DNA of 64,000 bases from positions 190,399 to 254,398 of the forward strand of contig NMRA01000600.1 of assembly GCA_002633005.1 (NCBI GenBank), read 5' to 3'. Below are positions 1 through 11,930 of the stretch, one piece after another. The notes under the pieces were generated by a model. The model saw only the letters and a list, made by a program, of their open reading frames with translations. It made no database searches and was not told where the DNA came from. Within the stretch, counting starts at the first letter, position 1. Each line of letters begins with the position of its first letter. Both the position numbers and the translations under genes were made by a program. The stretch comes from Phoronis australis (taxonomy: Eukaryota; Animalia; Phoronida).

Positions 1-420
1 TACTGACAGGAGAAAATAGCTGTGTATTGTAATTTTAGACGCGATTTTTTCAGTTCTAAACACACAAAACGTTTGCTATCCCGGCCAGTTGCTTGGAAAC
101 TGGTTAGGCCCATCGCTGCCGGACTGAAGACATCACAACATAAACCAGCCAAAGTTGGAAACTAAACTAGACTATACTAGTGAGCCAAAGAAAAAATATG
201 CATCGGATTATTTTGGTGAAATCGCCGCGAAGCTGAAAATCTACTCACTAGCTCGTCGGGGGCCGCGAAGTAAGGTTAGCCTTCCGCAGAACCGTCAGGG
301 GAAAAGTTGTACAGTAAGAATGTTTCTAATAATGTATACGAATATCTGAATAAAGATTTCCCTAAAATCTCACCGTAGGATATATATGTATATTTTACAA
401 CCGCTTTTTGTCAGCCAACC
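1..420 (+). mobile_element. Internal part of a non-autonomous repeat family also present at 48254-49190 and inverted at 53227-53522
   Basis: Blocks such as AACATAAACCAGCCAAAGTT, ACTATACTAGTGAG, GGGCCGCGAA and ACCGTCAGGGG..AAGTTGTACA are collinear with 48720-49100. The right boundary is approximate. Confidence 0.75.
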
Positions 421-1039
421 CTTAATCAGCATGCCCTCACACGTCCTCGGTGCCCAGTCAATTGGTTTATTGCACCGGTAACGCAGTGATTTATTCATTG
501 TTGGCTTCTCAAAATATTTGCACTCACGAACATTCCAAGGCATTAAAAATTATATCTAATGAGACAGACTTTGTTTCAGTTTTTATAAGCATTGGTTAGG
601 GTGGGGAAATATTCATTTTGAACGCAAAATAATAAATGTCAACTCGCAATCCCAACTTAGACGAGTGCTCATCCGACGAAGACTTCACAGGTTGATTAAT
701 AGGTTTCACAGGCTATCGGTTCAAACAGGAATACACTGATCAAGAAATAATAGAGAGGTTCCAAAATACAACTTAAGAAAAATGTCCTTGTGTGTTAATT
801 TGGACACTTTTTAATTAATGACCGCTTAACGATTTATTTAAACTTTTAAGTGCAACAAAAACTCTCTTCCATAAGATAGTTTAGCAAACTTGTACACTAT
901 ATCCACAACTTAAGACGCAATTTTCCAGGAGTTTATAGATGAGACAGGGATGTTTGGATCCCGAGGGACAATAAAACCCTGTTATAGCTTACAAACTTGT
1001 TACAAAATGATCTGAAAAGAAAAGAGACTCGGTTCAAGA

Positions 1040-1350
1040 AACAACTCGAGTGGGAGTCGTTCACATGGAATTTATCGTTCTTTCTCGCTAAGGATTGGTT
1101 GAGCAACTTCTACAGTCCCCTTCTAGATGGAAGGGAAGTGTATTAGGGAGTGAGGGGAGAGTGCCCTTGTACTTTGTTGAAGATGGAGAAGTATGCGCAG
1201 AATTAGTTCCATCTCTAAATTGTAATTACTCTGAAGCCGACATCAGAGTCACCCTTCATATTATTGAGGCGGACTAGCCCATACCTGGCGACATCGTCAT
1301 AAGAGGTTCTGACACCAACCATCTAGTATTGTTCCTACACCATCGATGTT
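1040..1350 (+). pseudogene. Academ-type transposase fragment (XPG/PIN-like nuclease region), degenerate
   Basis: Translates as ...FLAKDW...LNCNYSEADIRVTLHII-*-IVIRGSDTNHLVLFL, matching the H-E-E-A-D-T-R...V-I-R-S-x-D-T-D-V motifs of Academ proteins; in-frame stop. Confidence 0.6.
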
Positions 1351-3613
1351 GATGGCGTTGGTACAGAATACGGCCATCATCCCCATGTAAATGTAATACA
1401 GGACACGTGACAAAAAGACGTCGAGGACTGAATAACGTATTTAATTCAGTTAGAAAAAAAATCTAACAGTTTATTGTTATGATACAGTACAAGCCAAAAG
1501 TATTCAGACAAAATGATCCCGAATTTCGCCAAAATGGCAAATAAGAGGAAATCGAATTAATGGTCCGAGTAGTCTTCCGTCATGGCCGAGAATTATGGAA
1601 AATTGACAGGAAAGTTAATGATATCGCCAAGTCATTTTGCAATAGTTATTACCAGTTATTTAGATGTTAACAGAATTAGCCGTCACATCGGGAAATAGTA
1701 TTTTATTGGTTTGTCTTGTAGTCTATGATGTACTAGTCATTTTCCAATATAGCTGCAGCGAGAGAGTATTTGGTGGACAGCTCTCAGGGTTCTTGAATGA
1801 GAATTTAAAGCAGTGAGATATTCCACCTTTTTATAATTTATTTGCGACTACCATGCCGCCAAATTATCAGTTGAGCGAAAAGATGTTCCAAGGATTCAAA
1901 CAAACACGCCAATCGTTTTAAAAACATGATTGAAGTAAAAAAGTCACATACAGGGCTCTTAAGTGAGTTATTTGCAATGCAATTCTATTTATTCTTAGCT
2001 ACTGTCAAGTTTTATTAGATTTTGACAATGTGAAGTACTCACAACTTCAGACATTTTTAGTCCAATTGACGAGAGTATACCTAAAGCAACAGAGAATCAA
2101 ATTATGCTGCGAAGCGGCTTTCACACAATGATCTCTGTGGAGTGATAGTTGATGAAATAAACCATAAGAACAGGTAAAGAGGCTATAGTGGACAGGATTA
2201 TTTTGTGGCGCCATCGTAGATTCAGGACGTCGTCCGCGAATCCCAGGAAGACCATACAGTATATGGAGAGAACCGCAGTTAAAACTCCACAAACTGAAGG
2301 AGAATAAGAAAAGATGTCCCAAAAACTATGTATACCAAAGCGCTTATAAATTTTAAACCTGGTTTTGATGTTATCTCGGTGTGAACAGTTTAAAACCAGT
2401 TGTAGAATTTATAAAGCATGTCAGGGTGATTCATGAGGATGATTTAGCAAACATTTATTATAACCTGGTGTGAAAGGTGAGTGCAGTTGGCTGTGACCGG
2501 GTGTGAAAGTAGAGCGCTGTTGGGAATAAACCTCGTGTGTACACTGTACATGTAAAGATTTACAATGGTACTAAACTCAAGCAACTAAAACTAAGAACTT
2601 TGGAGTTTTGTACCCTGTAATTCTCGGTCCGAACAATGGGAATAAAATTTCGAAGTTATAACCGTGGAAAAGTTATGCATTACGAGTTGCCTAGTCACAG
2701 TTGACATGAATAACAATTTTCTGCAGAGCGCCCTCTATTAATTTCAATAACCCTGGCTCCTGTTAGAAGCAAAGATTATACGTTTGTCTATCTGTGCAAG
2801 TTCAAATCCTCATCTTCGATCAGATGTCTGTCAAAAGCATTACGTTAAACAGCTGGGAACTTGGCTTCACCTGGGTCACATGTCAGCAACAGCAAACAAT
2901 ACGCAGTTAATCTATGCAACTTGACATAGCCTACAGTCTTTTCTGCACTCATTTATTTCCTCGACACATGAAATACCACTGAAGTGAATTTAGCCAAATA
3001 ATTTCTAACTGTTGGCAATTCAGAAGCAAATCTGTTCAATTGGTGTCATGTTTAAAGCAAACGTTTTGTATTATATAGCAAAATTATCATAAAACATTGA
3101 GCGGGCACAGGAAGGTATTCCAAGTTTTTCAATAATCCACTATAAACGTCCGCTTACTTAGTCGGTGAAGCAAGGACGCAGATGTTGCGAATGCAGACCA
3201 CCTCAACACTATATTTTGAACATGAGGCATGATGTACATCTGGACATTAACATAGTAAATTAAATCGTAAACCATAGACAATAGATTTGCAACTCCATTA
3301 TTATGATTTCCAGAAGGGTCACTCTTTTCCAATGCTCCTCTCAGCTTCCTGCTATTGAGCAGACTAGATGGCATACTTGCCGTAAGTAAAACGTGCCATT
3401 ACACCAGGCGCCTATAGTTAATAGGGCCATCAAGGCCAATAGCCTTAGTCACAGCTTGTTTGGAAGATGGCTGACAATGTGCGTTGAGCATAGACTAAAC
3501 CAGAGAAGTCTGCCAGTATTGTAACAGTCACTTCATAATCACAATAACTTTGTATTGATATGAGCCATGTATCAGAGTTCAGATGCTCGGCCGCACTCTC
3601 TCAATAAAATTAC

Positions 3614-3734
3614 CTCATGATGTGGAAATTTGCCCACGCCATTCTCAGTGAAATGCCGGTAAAAAGGAACGGGAATAAATAGGAACATAACAATGGGATA
3701 GATGGCACCACATATCTCTCCTTGAGACTGCCGG
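3614..3734 (-). pseudogene. DPAGT1: DPAGT1/ALG7 (GlcNAc-1-phosphate transferase) exon-2-like segment, probably an orphan or decayed copy
   Basis: 121-nt segment bounded by TTTCAG and GTAATT. It encodes RQSQGEICGAIYPIVMFLFIPVPF...KFPHHE, versus the human sequence as I recall it, [24 protein letters not shown]...AFPHHE. No downstream exons were recognised. Confidence 0.8.
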
Positions 3735-3910
3735 CTGAAATATAAGACAGAACTAAATGTCAAAACAAGTTGTGTCAATTGACCTATCGCCAGGATTATG
3801 ACGGACGGCTTAATTGACCAATCAGAACAAAGCATTCTTGGCACACCTTCGTCTGCGTTTCCAAGCCGCCATTTTACCCGACAAACCACACGTAGTCGAG
3901 CAAAACTTAC

Positions 3911-4016
3911 TTTAGTTTATAGCTCAAGAAATTGTCCGCTAAGAATGGGGAAACGGTGCTGTAACACCGACAACTATTATGCTACTCCAGAATAATATCC
4001 CGTCATTTTTTGCCAT
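3911..4016 (-). pseudogene. Possible decayed DPAGT1 exon 1
   Basis: ATG at 4016, a hydrophobic stretch (ILFWSSIIVVGVT), a frameshifted FPILSGQFLE resembling IPAFRGHFIA, and a strong GTAAGT donor 176 nt upstream of the exon-2 acceptor. The GxDLNK motif is missing. Confidence 0.35.
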
Positions 4017-4790
4017 GTCCTAAGCCGAAAAATGATGTTGAAAATTAAATCGTAAACTATGGATCAAACTGTACGGCCACACGAGCAGCTGATCTTAGCG
4101 ATGTTGCTTGATAACTCGAAGGCTATAATAAACACAAATATATTAGTTCCAAGATACGCACTTTTCAGCTTGGTGGCTATGGTGAAGGGCTATCTCAGGC
4201 TCCCGAGTTTCCTACGTCTGGCCGCCTTTGTCTCGACACCTGCTGGATCTCAGCACTCAAGCAGTATAGTCCCCGGAAATTGTTGTTTTCAAGGACATTT
4301 TTATTTTATGTTTTTTATTTATTTCAACCTAACAGGGGTACATTTTTGTTATTTGTTAAACCCGTAGGCTGGCGTTCAACTGGACTTCTCTCCCGGTCAA
4401 AATTCAGAGATTCACTGGATTACTGCCGGTAACTCAAAGCCTTGGTCGAGCTGTTGTCACTAAAAATAAACTGTTGAATTACTTTTTGACGTGTATATCT
4501 AGTATACACTATGTCTGTAGAGTTAGACAGAGTTCATTTTGAAGTTGTACAAACATGATATTTAGATTTATGAAGCTTTAGAAAAGAATTTGAGTTATTT
4601 TTGTAAATACCCTATTTTTGCAACTACCACACCAGACTTGTAATCTTTTGCAACCATACCACGACTTAGTGATCATGCTACCTTTAAAATTAAATGAAAG
4701 CTATTTTTATGGAATGAAACTACAAGAAATGCCAAGTACGTAAGAAGGTAAGCCTAATTTAAATGTCTTAATGGTGCAAACGGACAATTC

Positions 4791-5106
4791 CATAGGCGGA
4801 TTTAGGGGGGGCAGGGGGCCCAGTCCCCCCACAAGCAAAATGAAACAGCAATAGCGTGAAGCATGAGGAAATATTGAGTTCAGTAACTAGGACCGGTAGC
4901 GGTAGAGTGGGGCTCAGACCCCAGATCGCGGCGGAATCGTGTTCCTGTTTTTTTAGTCCACCGATAGATTTTCTGAACAGAAGGTCCAAAGGTCTACATC
5001 CCCGGCCCCTGCAAATTTCGGGCCGCCTGTGCACTACAATTGCACTTTGCCCAATTCCTCGAGGCAACATGTTGGACCCCCTTGTGGTATCCTAGATCCG
5101 CCACTG
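4791..5106. mobile_element. Non-autonomous hAT (hAT5-like) MITE
   Basis: Imperfect TIRs CATAGGCGGATTTAG / CTAGATCCGCCACTG; flanks AATTC / AGTTC (4/5 match); related to 14552-15512. Confidence 0.7.
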
Positions 5107-6548
5107 AGTTCCAGACATTAACTTGACTTAGACACAGCCTTAGACCTACCGGAGCTAACTGTTTGCCTAGGACGATATGAATGTGTACATGAGCTATGAA
5201 CCTGAATTTTTTGATCAAAATATTTCGTTACAAGATTAGAAAAGCGTAAACAGTGCTATCGAGTCGACCTAGTCAGAGGCTATAGTGCATGTGTTGTCTG
5301 TAATGTATGACCTACTTTACTCCTGGAGTCCCACCAGTTGTGACCTACTTTTTATTTGGCGAAATTTAGCAGACGACAGAATAAAAACATCGGTGAATCT
5401 TCACTGATTGTATTCAACAGATCATGAAATCTATGGAATCGTACAGATAATTCGACTTTAAGGTACATAACCAGCTTTACATGAACATATCGTATCAGTG
5501 GCCTTGTCATTTGTCAGGTGAAGGTGGCCCCGAGGCAGAGGGGTTCTTCGGATTTTCGCTGGCTACTCGAGTCATTTTTTCATCGTCACCTTTACAAATT
5601 CCCATAATTATTATGAACGTACGATTCTCTGTTGAAAAGCATCCGCCTCTTGTCTCTGTCGAAGCGTTTTCAAATAGTACAAAAACACGCATCGATTCCA
5701 CCAGGAACGTCGTTTAGCGACAGTGTATTTGCCTCTGACATCTCGTTCGAATGTCGGGTATAACGTGACTTTTCGCATAGGGGCGGAGCTTGCGATAGGT
5801 CAATTTACAAATGGGTCACCTGCTTAATGGCTTGAGCAATGTTAGTTGTTGGAACAAACAAATAAAAATGATACTGATGTGCCTTACGAATGAATGCCTT
5901 CAAGCTGTGAATGTATGCATGCTATTGTGTGTATGTCTGACATAACAATTAGACTTGAAAAGTGCACACGGATAAATCACAATCAAGGTGCATATTTGAG
6001 AGTTGTCAGTGTAATTGTAAAAAATAATTTTTTGGTCACTTACCATATGCGAAGAGTTTTTTAGTTGTGCAAACTAAAACAGAGTCATCAAAATCAGACA
6101 ATGTTTGAGAAATTTATTCAGTCACGTTTTTGTCTATGAATTTCATGCATTTTTAGCGTTACGAATGGCCAATTTAAAAATTACACATTTCAATTGTCAG
6201 CATTTATGTAGAAAAGAAATTTATTTTATCAAGTAAGCGATTGCTTAGATATGACTGGGAATAACTTTAATCACTTTCACAATCACTTGCATAAAGTTGG
6301 GCTTAATTATTGAAAAATTGCAGGGTTCATCATAAAACAGGCACTCGTTACAAATTTTGTAAATTCTGTGTTTCTAACCCTCACCTACTGTAAATAAGAT
6401 TAAAAACTAAAGTTTACACTCTGTAATAAAATGAACTGCAGAATATGTTACCTAGGCAACACAGCAAATTATTCAATATCTAAAAAAAACAGTTTGGATA
6501 TTGACTGGGTTCTGCTATGTTGAAAATGGGCCAAAAAGGCTAACAAAA

Positions 6549-7033
6549 TGTAGTTTACGTACCCCATGTGGAATTTAGTAACACAAATGGTCATTGAAAA
6601 TGACATTACTGCTTTTTAAATAACAACATGGTTCTTTTTATCATCAAAGAAAAACGAATGGCCATACAACATTATGTTACCATGTGATGCAGAAACAGTG
6701 ATGTAGTATACGTACCCCATGTTTACAAATGCCATGAAATTAAAATATCACTTGGTAAGTCAGCAACACTGGTCATACACAGTTACCTTCCTTAAAAGTA
6801 TTAGGCTAAAAGGGTGTTTATTGCAAATACATTTATTTTGAGTGAAATATTAGCATTTGTGTAGCGTACGTACCCCTATATTTCAATTTGTGCGTATTTT
6901 CAAAGTATGGCAGATTTGCACATGAATGCTGTGCTTTTTATTTTTTCTCTTTGAATTGATTTAGTAAATAAACTTACTCTCAGAATCTTAAGTGGGCTGT
7001 GACCACAAGTTGTAGTGTACGTACAATGTACCC
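6549..7033 (+). repeat. Four copies of TGTAG(T/C)NTACGTAC(CCC) spaced 151-158 bp apart
   Basis: Motif starts at 6549, 6702, 6860 and 7011; the intervening sequences are not obviously similar. Confidence 0.75.
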
Positions 7034-8724
7034 TTTTATACAACTGTGATGTATTTGGCCATAAGATTTTATTTGGTGGTTCTTGTGCAAAAATATTTTA
7101 GATAACAAACCTGGAAGGATTATACTTTAAATAACACAGCTTTTACAGTTTTATAACAACATTCGTTTTCACCAATAGTGGCCACCGAGTATGGCCCTTT
7201 ATTGTGATTTGCCCGACTGAAGGTGCAATCATAGCCTCAGGCTGAATGCAAGCAAACTTGGGAAGTGTTGGTAGACCAAAGCTTGTCGCGAGAAAAGTGA
7301 CATAATACAAACCCATGCTTGCGAGTGCGAGGCAACGAATTTGATGTCTGTTATTCAGTGGAGAGACCTGGTTCTCGAATTTTAGGACCCTGAAAGTGAT
7401 CACGTCATTACAAGACGATATACTATGAATGGAACCTCCTCATAGGAAACGGGATATATAGACAGGCAGATCAGTATGAGCATTAATAACGGTTGAGCAG
7501 AATACATCTCAAGTGACTGGCTTTGAATTATCGGAGTTGACACTTAAAGACGCATTTTTTAAGAACACGATCCATCCATTAGTTTACATGGCAGAGGGCC
7601 GAAAGAGTGCTTCGAAAACATTCCATCCTCCTTGAATGTTGGCTGATATCAGATTTCTAGCAACATTATTGGCAAGTTAAGGCAGGCATTAACGCTGATT
7701 GGACTAAAAACAGCTTGACCAACGAAGTTTCAATTTGAGGTACACACTCACTTTTGCTTAAATATGTATCCTAAGGATTGTATTGGTCAGATTGGTATTT
7801 TGTATGATTGTCATGTTTTTAAAAGATCATTGTGGTGTGTATAACCAATAGACCAGCAGTAAAACACAACTCAAGCAACAGTGACAGCATAAGTAGTGTA
7901 CTGAGCCATGTGCAGAGGAGTGGGCTGAGGTGGCACTTGATATTTGGTCTCTTCACACGCAGGTATGCTTCGGATTCAAGGCAAGAAACGCTCTCGTTTC
8001 GTAACACAAAAGAACCGTTTTCTACATAAGTTTTGTGTTATCAAGTCCCTCTTGTTGTTTTCTTTCACCACTAATCATGCAAGTTTAATAGGTAACGAAA
8101 CTGAAAACCTGTAATAAAATACATTTGCTAAGTATTACTAAAAATATGCCACATGAAATGCTGAACATCATACTGACTTAAATCTCCATTAAAAAATTAC
8201 AACTGGATTTTTGAAGAATAACACCAGTTTGCAGATATGCCGATACCAACAAGAATGTTGTAAAAACAACACTCCCCTTCATGTTGAGGTCATGTTTGAA
8301 TTGCAACTCAAAAATAATGTTGTTTGTTTTTTCCAGCCTCACCTAAGTAGATCTGAGAATGAAGGCTTTGTATTCAACTTGACGTGCCCATGATCACTGG
8401 GAGGTGGTGGCTACCACCAGTTATGATTGTCACCAAAGTGTACCTGTGGCAGATGCTGAGAAGTGTCCGCCACAATGAAAGGATCTACATGTATAAGAAA
8501 CAATCTGTCGTCTGTATTGTGCTCATGTCTGTGAGCAATTCATATAAAAACAGTTTTCGAAATCCAGTGCCCTCACTACGCGCACATGTGACTCTGTGAA
8601 AGAAAACACTACTGGCACGATGTATGGAACAACCTTATATCATTTTCCTTTCAAAGCTCTGGATCCCCCCTGCAACATCCTTGATCCACGTGTGTGCATT
8701 CTGTGTCAGAATGTTTTTGCACGT

Positions 8725-8789
8725 CATAATGGTGCTTAGTGTTGTCACTGCACCCTTCATAATGGTGCTTAGTAATGTCACTGCACCCT
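8725..8789. repeat. 33-bp tandem duplication
   Basis: CATAATGGTGCTTAGT(GT/AA)TGTCACTGCACCCT occurs twice in tandem. Confidence 0.9.
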
Positions 8790-11774
8790 GGAATCTGTAA
8801 CAGTTAGCAATAGGTATAACCGTCTAAAATTGAATTGTGACAAACCTACTTAATTTTGTTGCGTGTCAATCGAACTGCCAGGCTTTACAATTACAATAAA
8901 GCAAATATGCATAGGGATAAGAGTGTGTTATTTGTTAATACCGAAATAGTTGTTGGTATATTGTCATATACTCATGTTTGGAACTGTATACAGTCCTTAT
9001 TATTCATTTAGCTAAATAAGCTACTCCTTAGGGCGCTGCACGTGCTTCGCGTGGGTGATTCAACATTTGTTGCAACCGGGGAATCCACTGACCTAAATAA
9101 AATAAGCTTAGAGCCTTGCATTTAACAGGGGCCCGTTTCATCGCTTTAAAGTCCTCGTCTTCTCTCAAACTGCCCATGTGGTTACAGTATCCGAAAATAC
9201 TTACTACATAAAATCTTATTTTCGACACCCTTTCTTTATATTCGTTTCGCCTTTCTTGCCAAAAGCGATTTTTGAACAGTATTTGACCCTTCTCTCCGAG
9301 AGTATGATTACCGGTTGTCATCGGTTATTTCGTACCCACATTTCCGGCTCATCAGTTCGGGAACTTGTCCTGAACGCCGCGATTTTTTCCTTGCAAATGA
9401 ATGTGCGATCGCTGGCTCGAAAAGTCTTCATTATTTTGTTTTATTAGTAATATCTCGCGATTCGTTTGCATATGTACTGTATTTATAGTTTGTAGTTAGT
9501 GGTCGTTCATTTTTTGGAATATTACGTGTACTTAGTATGTTAAAATAGCATTGGTGTTTAGTTCCTTACGCAGGCCGGTGGAACCAATATGAGTCGAACC
9601 AATTTTTTTCGGTTTTATTTTTTTCTCGTTTTGAAAAATTACTTTGCTATCATCAGAAAGGTAGTGAATTCTACTCAGTAAAAATCGAAAAAGTATCAAA
9701 ATCGGGGCAAGCAGTGTAAAGTTATTGCAAGTTTTGTGGCGAAATTTGGGTCACTTTGTTTGGATCGCGTCGGCCATATTGGAGGACAGTGGGATAAGTT
9801 GCGAGTTCAAAAAATTGTGTAAATTGTTTTCGCCAACAAATTACGGTGAAATTTAGTTAGACATACCTTTACTTACTATTCTGCACGATTTAACAGTGTT
9901 CACCGAATTTCAGCCTCGCAGTCGTTACTCATTAAGTGATAAATGTGCTCACAATTCCCGTTGAACTTCGTGTCATTTCTGGCGGCACCGACAACAAGGC
10001 GACTTTTGCTGAACTGAAAGGCATGTTCAATCGGCTACTTTGTAATTTGTGAAGATTTAACGTTGATACATTTTGACAAACGTTTCTACAAAAAAGAAAC
10101 TTTGTTCAATTTTCGTGTTTTTTGTGCAAAAATATAAGATGTACTAACCAGCCCGTAATTTCATGCAAGCGTCTGAAACTACATGTACCCTTGAATATAT
10201 GCAGCATTTATGATTTGACCATTTTACTTCAACAAAACAGCTTGCAACCGCATGCGTTTACCGTTCGCCAGTGTCTGGTCTCGATCGGCACCGGGTCCGA
10301 TAGGCTGCGGTCCCGGGTCTGGCAAAATAATTTCTGTCAAAATTTATTCGCCACATTTCTTCAGCAAATTCGATAAAATTGTCCGTATTTTGATTTTATT
10401 AAAATTAAGGCGCGCTGTCGATTATTGTATGCCCGTTTGTGGGCTGGTAACAGGTACATTTACTCACACTGACGGCGTTTTCTTAGCCTGGGTTCCTGAA
10501 TGAATTGTACTTCCGGGTTCGCGGCAAGTTCAAAATGGCTGTGGTTCTTCGGGTGCGAATCGTGAGTTGCGCGTTCATTTAAACTTTTTTTTCGAGTACG
10601 GATCGTGTATTAGTTATGGGGTAGGTACTTCTTGGATCCTTATAACATCCTCCAACCATGTAATAAGGGTTAACAACGCGTGAGAGAAGGCCTTTAATTG
10701 CCTCTCGAAATTGGTGGGGAATGCGGAGGGAGAGGAGCAGTACGATATTTGTGGCAGCGAAATTAAGTACATGTGACCCAGCGGTCTGTTTCATGAAGTG
10801 ATTTAAGACAGAGATTTGGTCTTGCAATCCACATATATTTTTCAGAAAAATATTTAAAATTTAATTGAGCAAATAAGTAAACTATCTGAAAGTATGCTTA
10901 TAATTGTTACTTATTGACCAAACTTGTACAAATTATTTCCAAGCTACTATGTATTATTACAGAATTAAACCTTTACTTGGCAATTGTGAATTGGAAACAT
11001 TATGACGGCCATGACTGTATGTCTCTGACATGAATATTCTGGATTATTGACAGCTTCCAAATAAGGTCCGGTTTTAGGCAAACTAAATAAAACGCAATAA
11101 AACAAACTCATTATTGTTTTAAGTGTTTGTCTGAAATTTAAGTTTAAATACCAAAGAGCCATGACAATCAATTGCCAACTGCTGTTGAATTACACTACAT
11201 GTAGGTTATGGCAATGAAGAAAATTTTAATTTTAGTTTTTTATTCAGGGCTTTTCGGTTTCTTTGTCATAAATGAGGAATTGGCAAAAGTCTACTGCAAT
11301 GATGCTCTGGTCCTCGACAATGTACTGACTACAACAACAGGCGCCTACCCCAACATATTTTCGCAATGTAAGGGCTATGTCACCAATCGCACCGCTTCAC
11401 CAACTTTACTTGGAGTCATCAAACAGATATTATTTTCTAAGGTTCAGTAATTTATGCATAAATTCGTTTTGCCTACTACTTAGTACTAACGATAAATGTG
11501 ATTTCTTTATTGTGATGATAAACAAAATTTTTGCCCAATACCATTTTCTAGTTTCATGTAAACCCTTGCTGCAGATTGTGAGGATGCAGAAGATAAGGAC
11601 AAGGCAGGCCTGTAGGAAGGCTAAAATTATTGGGGGAAGGGGGGCACAAAAAATTTCTACTTCGCCAAACAACCTACACCAAATCGCCAGCACCTCAGCC
11701 ACCCCCTTTGTCCCTGTGCTTCCGATGCCACCATATTTGTGCAGAATATCCCACGTCCGCCCTAGGTGGGCTCA

Positions 11775-11930
11775 CAGTAGCGAATTAAGGGGTAGCCAAG
11801 GGAGCATGGCCCCCTGAAATTCTCCCCGATTCCATCTTTAAGTTAGGGGTGCGAATTTCTGACGGGTGAAATCCTGGCTAACACTCTGTCCTGCCTCCCC
11901 CTCTAACTCAAAATCCTGGATCCGCCCCTG
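11775..11930. mobile_element. Short hAT-like MITE (same family as 19295-19428)
   Basis: Ends CAGTAGCGAATT / GGATCCGCCCCTG; shares GGGGTGCGAAT and CTAACTCAAAATCCTGGATCCGC with 19295-19428; no clear TSD. Confidence 0.6.

Noticed and set aside
3129-3374. VLRW...TSASL as DPAGT1 exon 3
   Set aside because: Lacks LGFADD and the other conserved residues and has no convincing splice sites; chance similarity.
5272-5739. MITE with GTCAGAGGC / GCCTCTGAC ends
   Set aside because: Only a 9-bp inverted match and no clear TSD.
6549-7033. CRISPR-like reading of the spaced motif
   Set aside because: Spacers are ~135 bp, there are only four degenerate copies, and there are no cas genes.
8340-9400. Minus-strand exon-like segments
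   Set aside because: They contain stops and have no recognisable homology; cannot be assigned.
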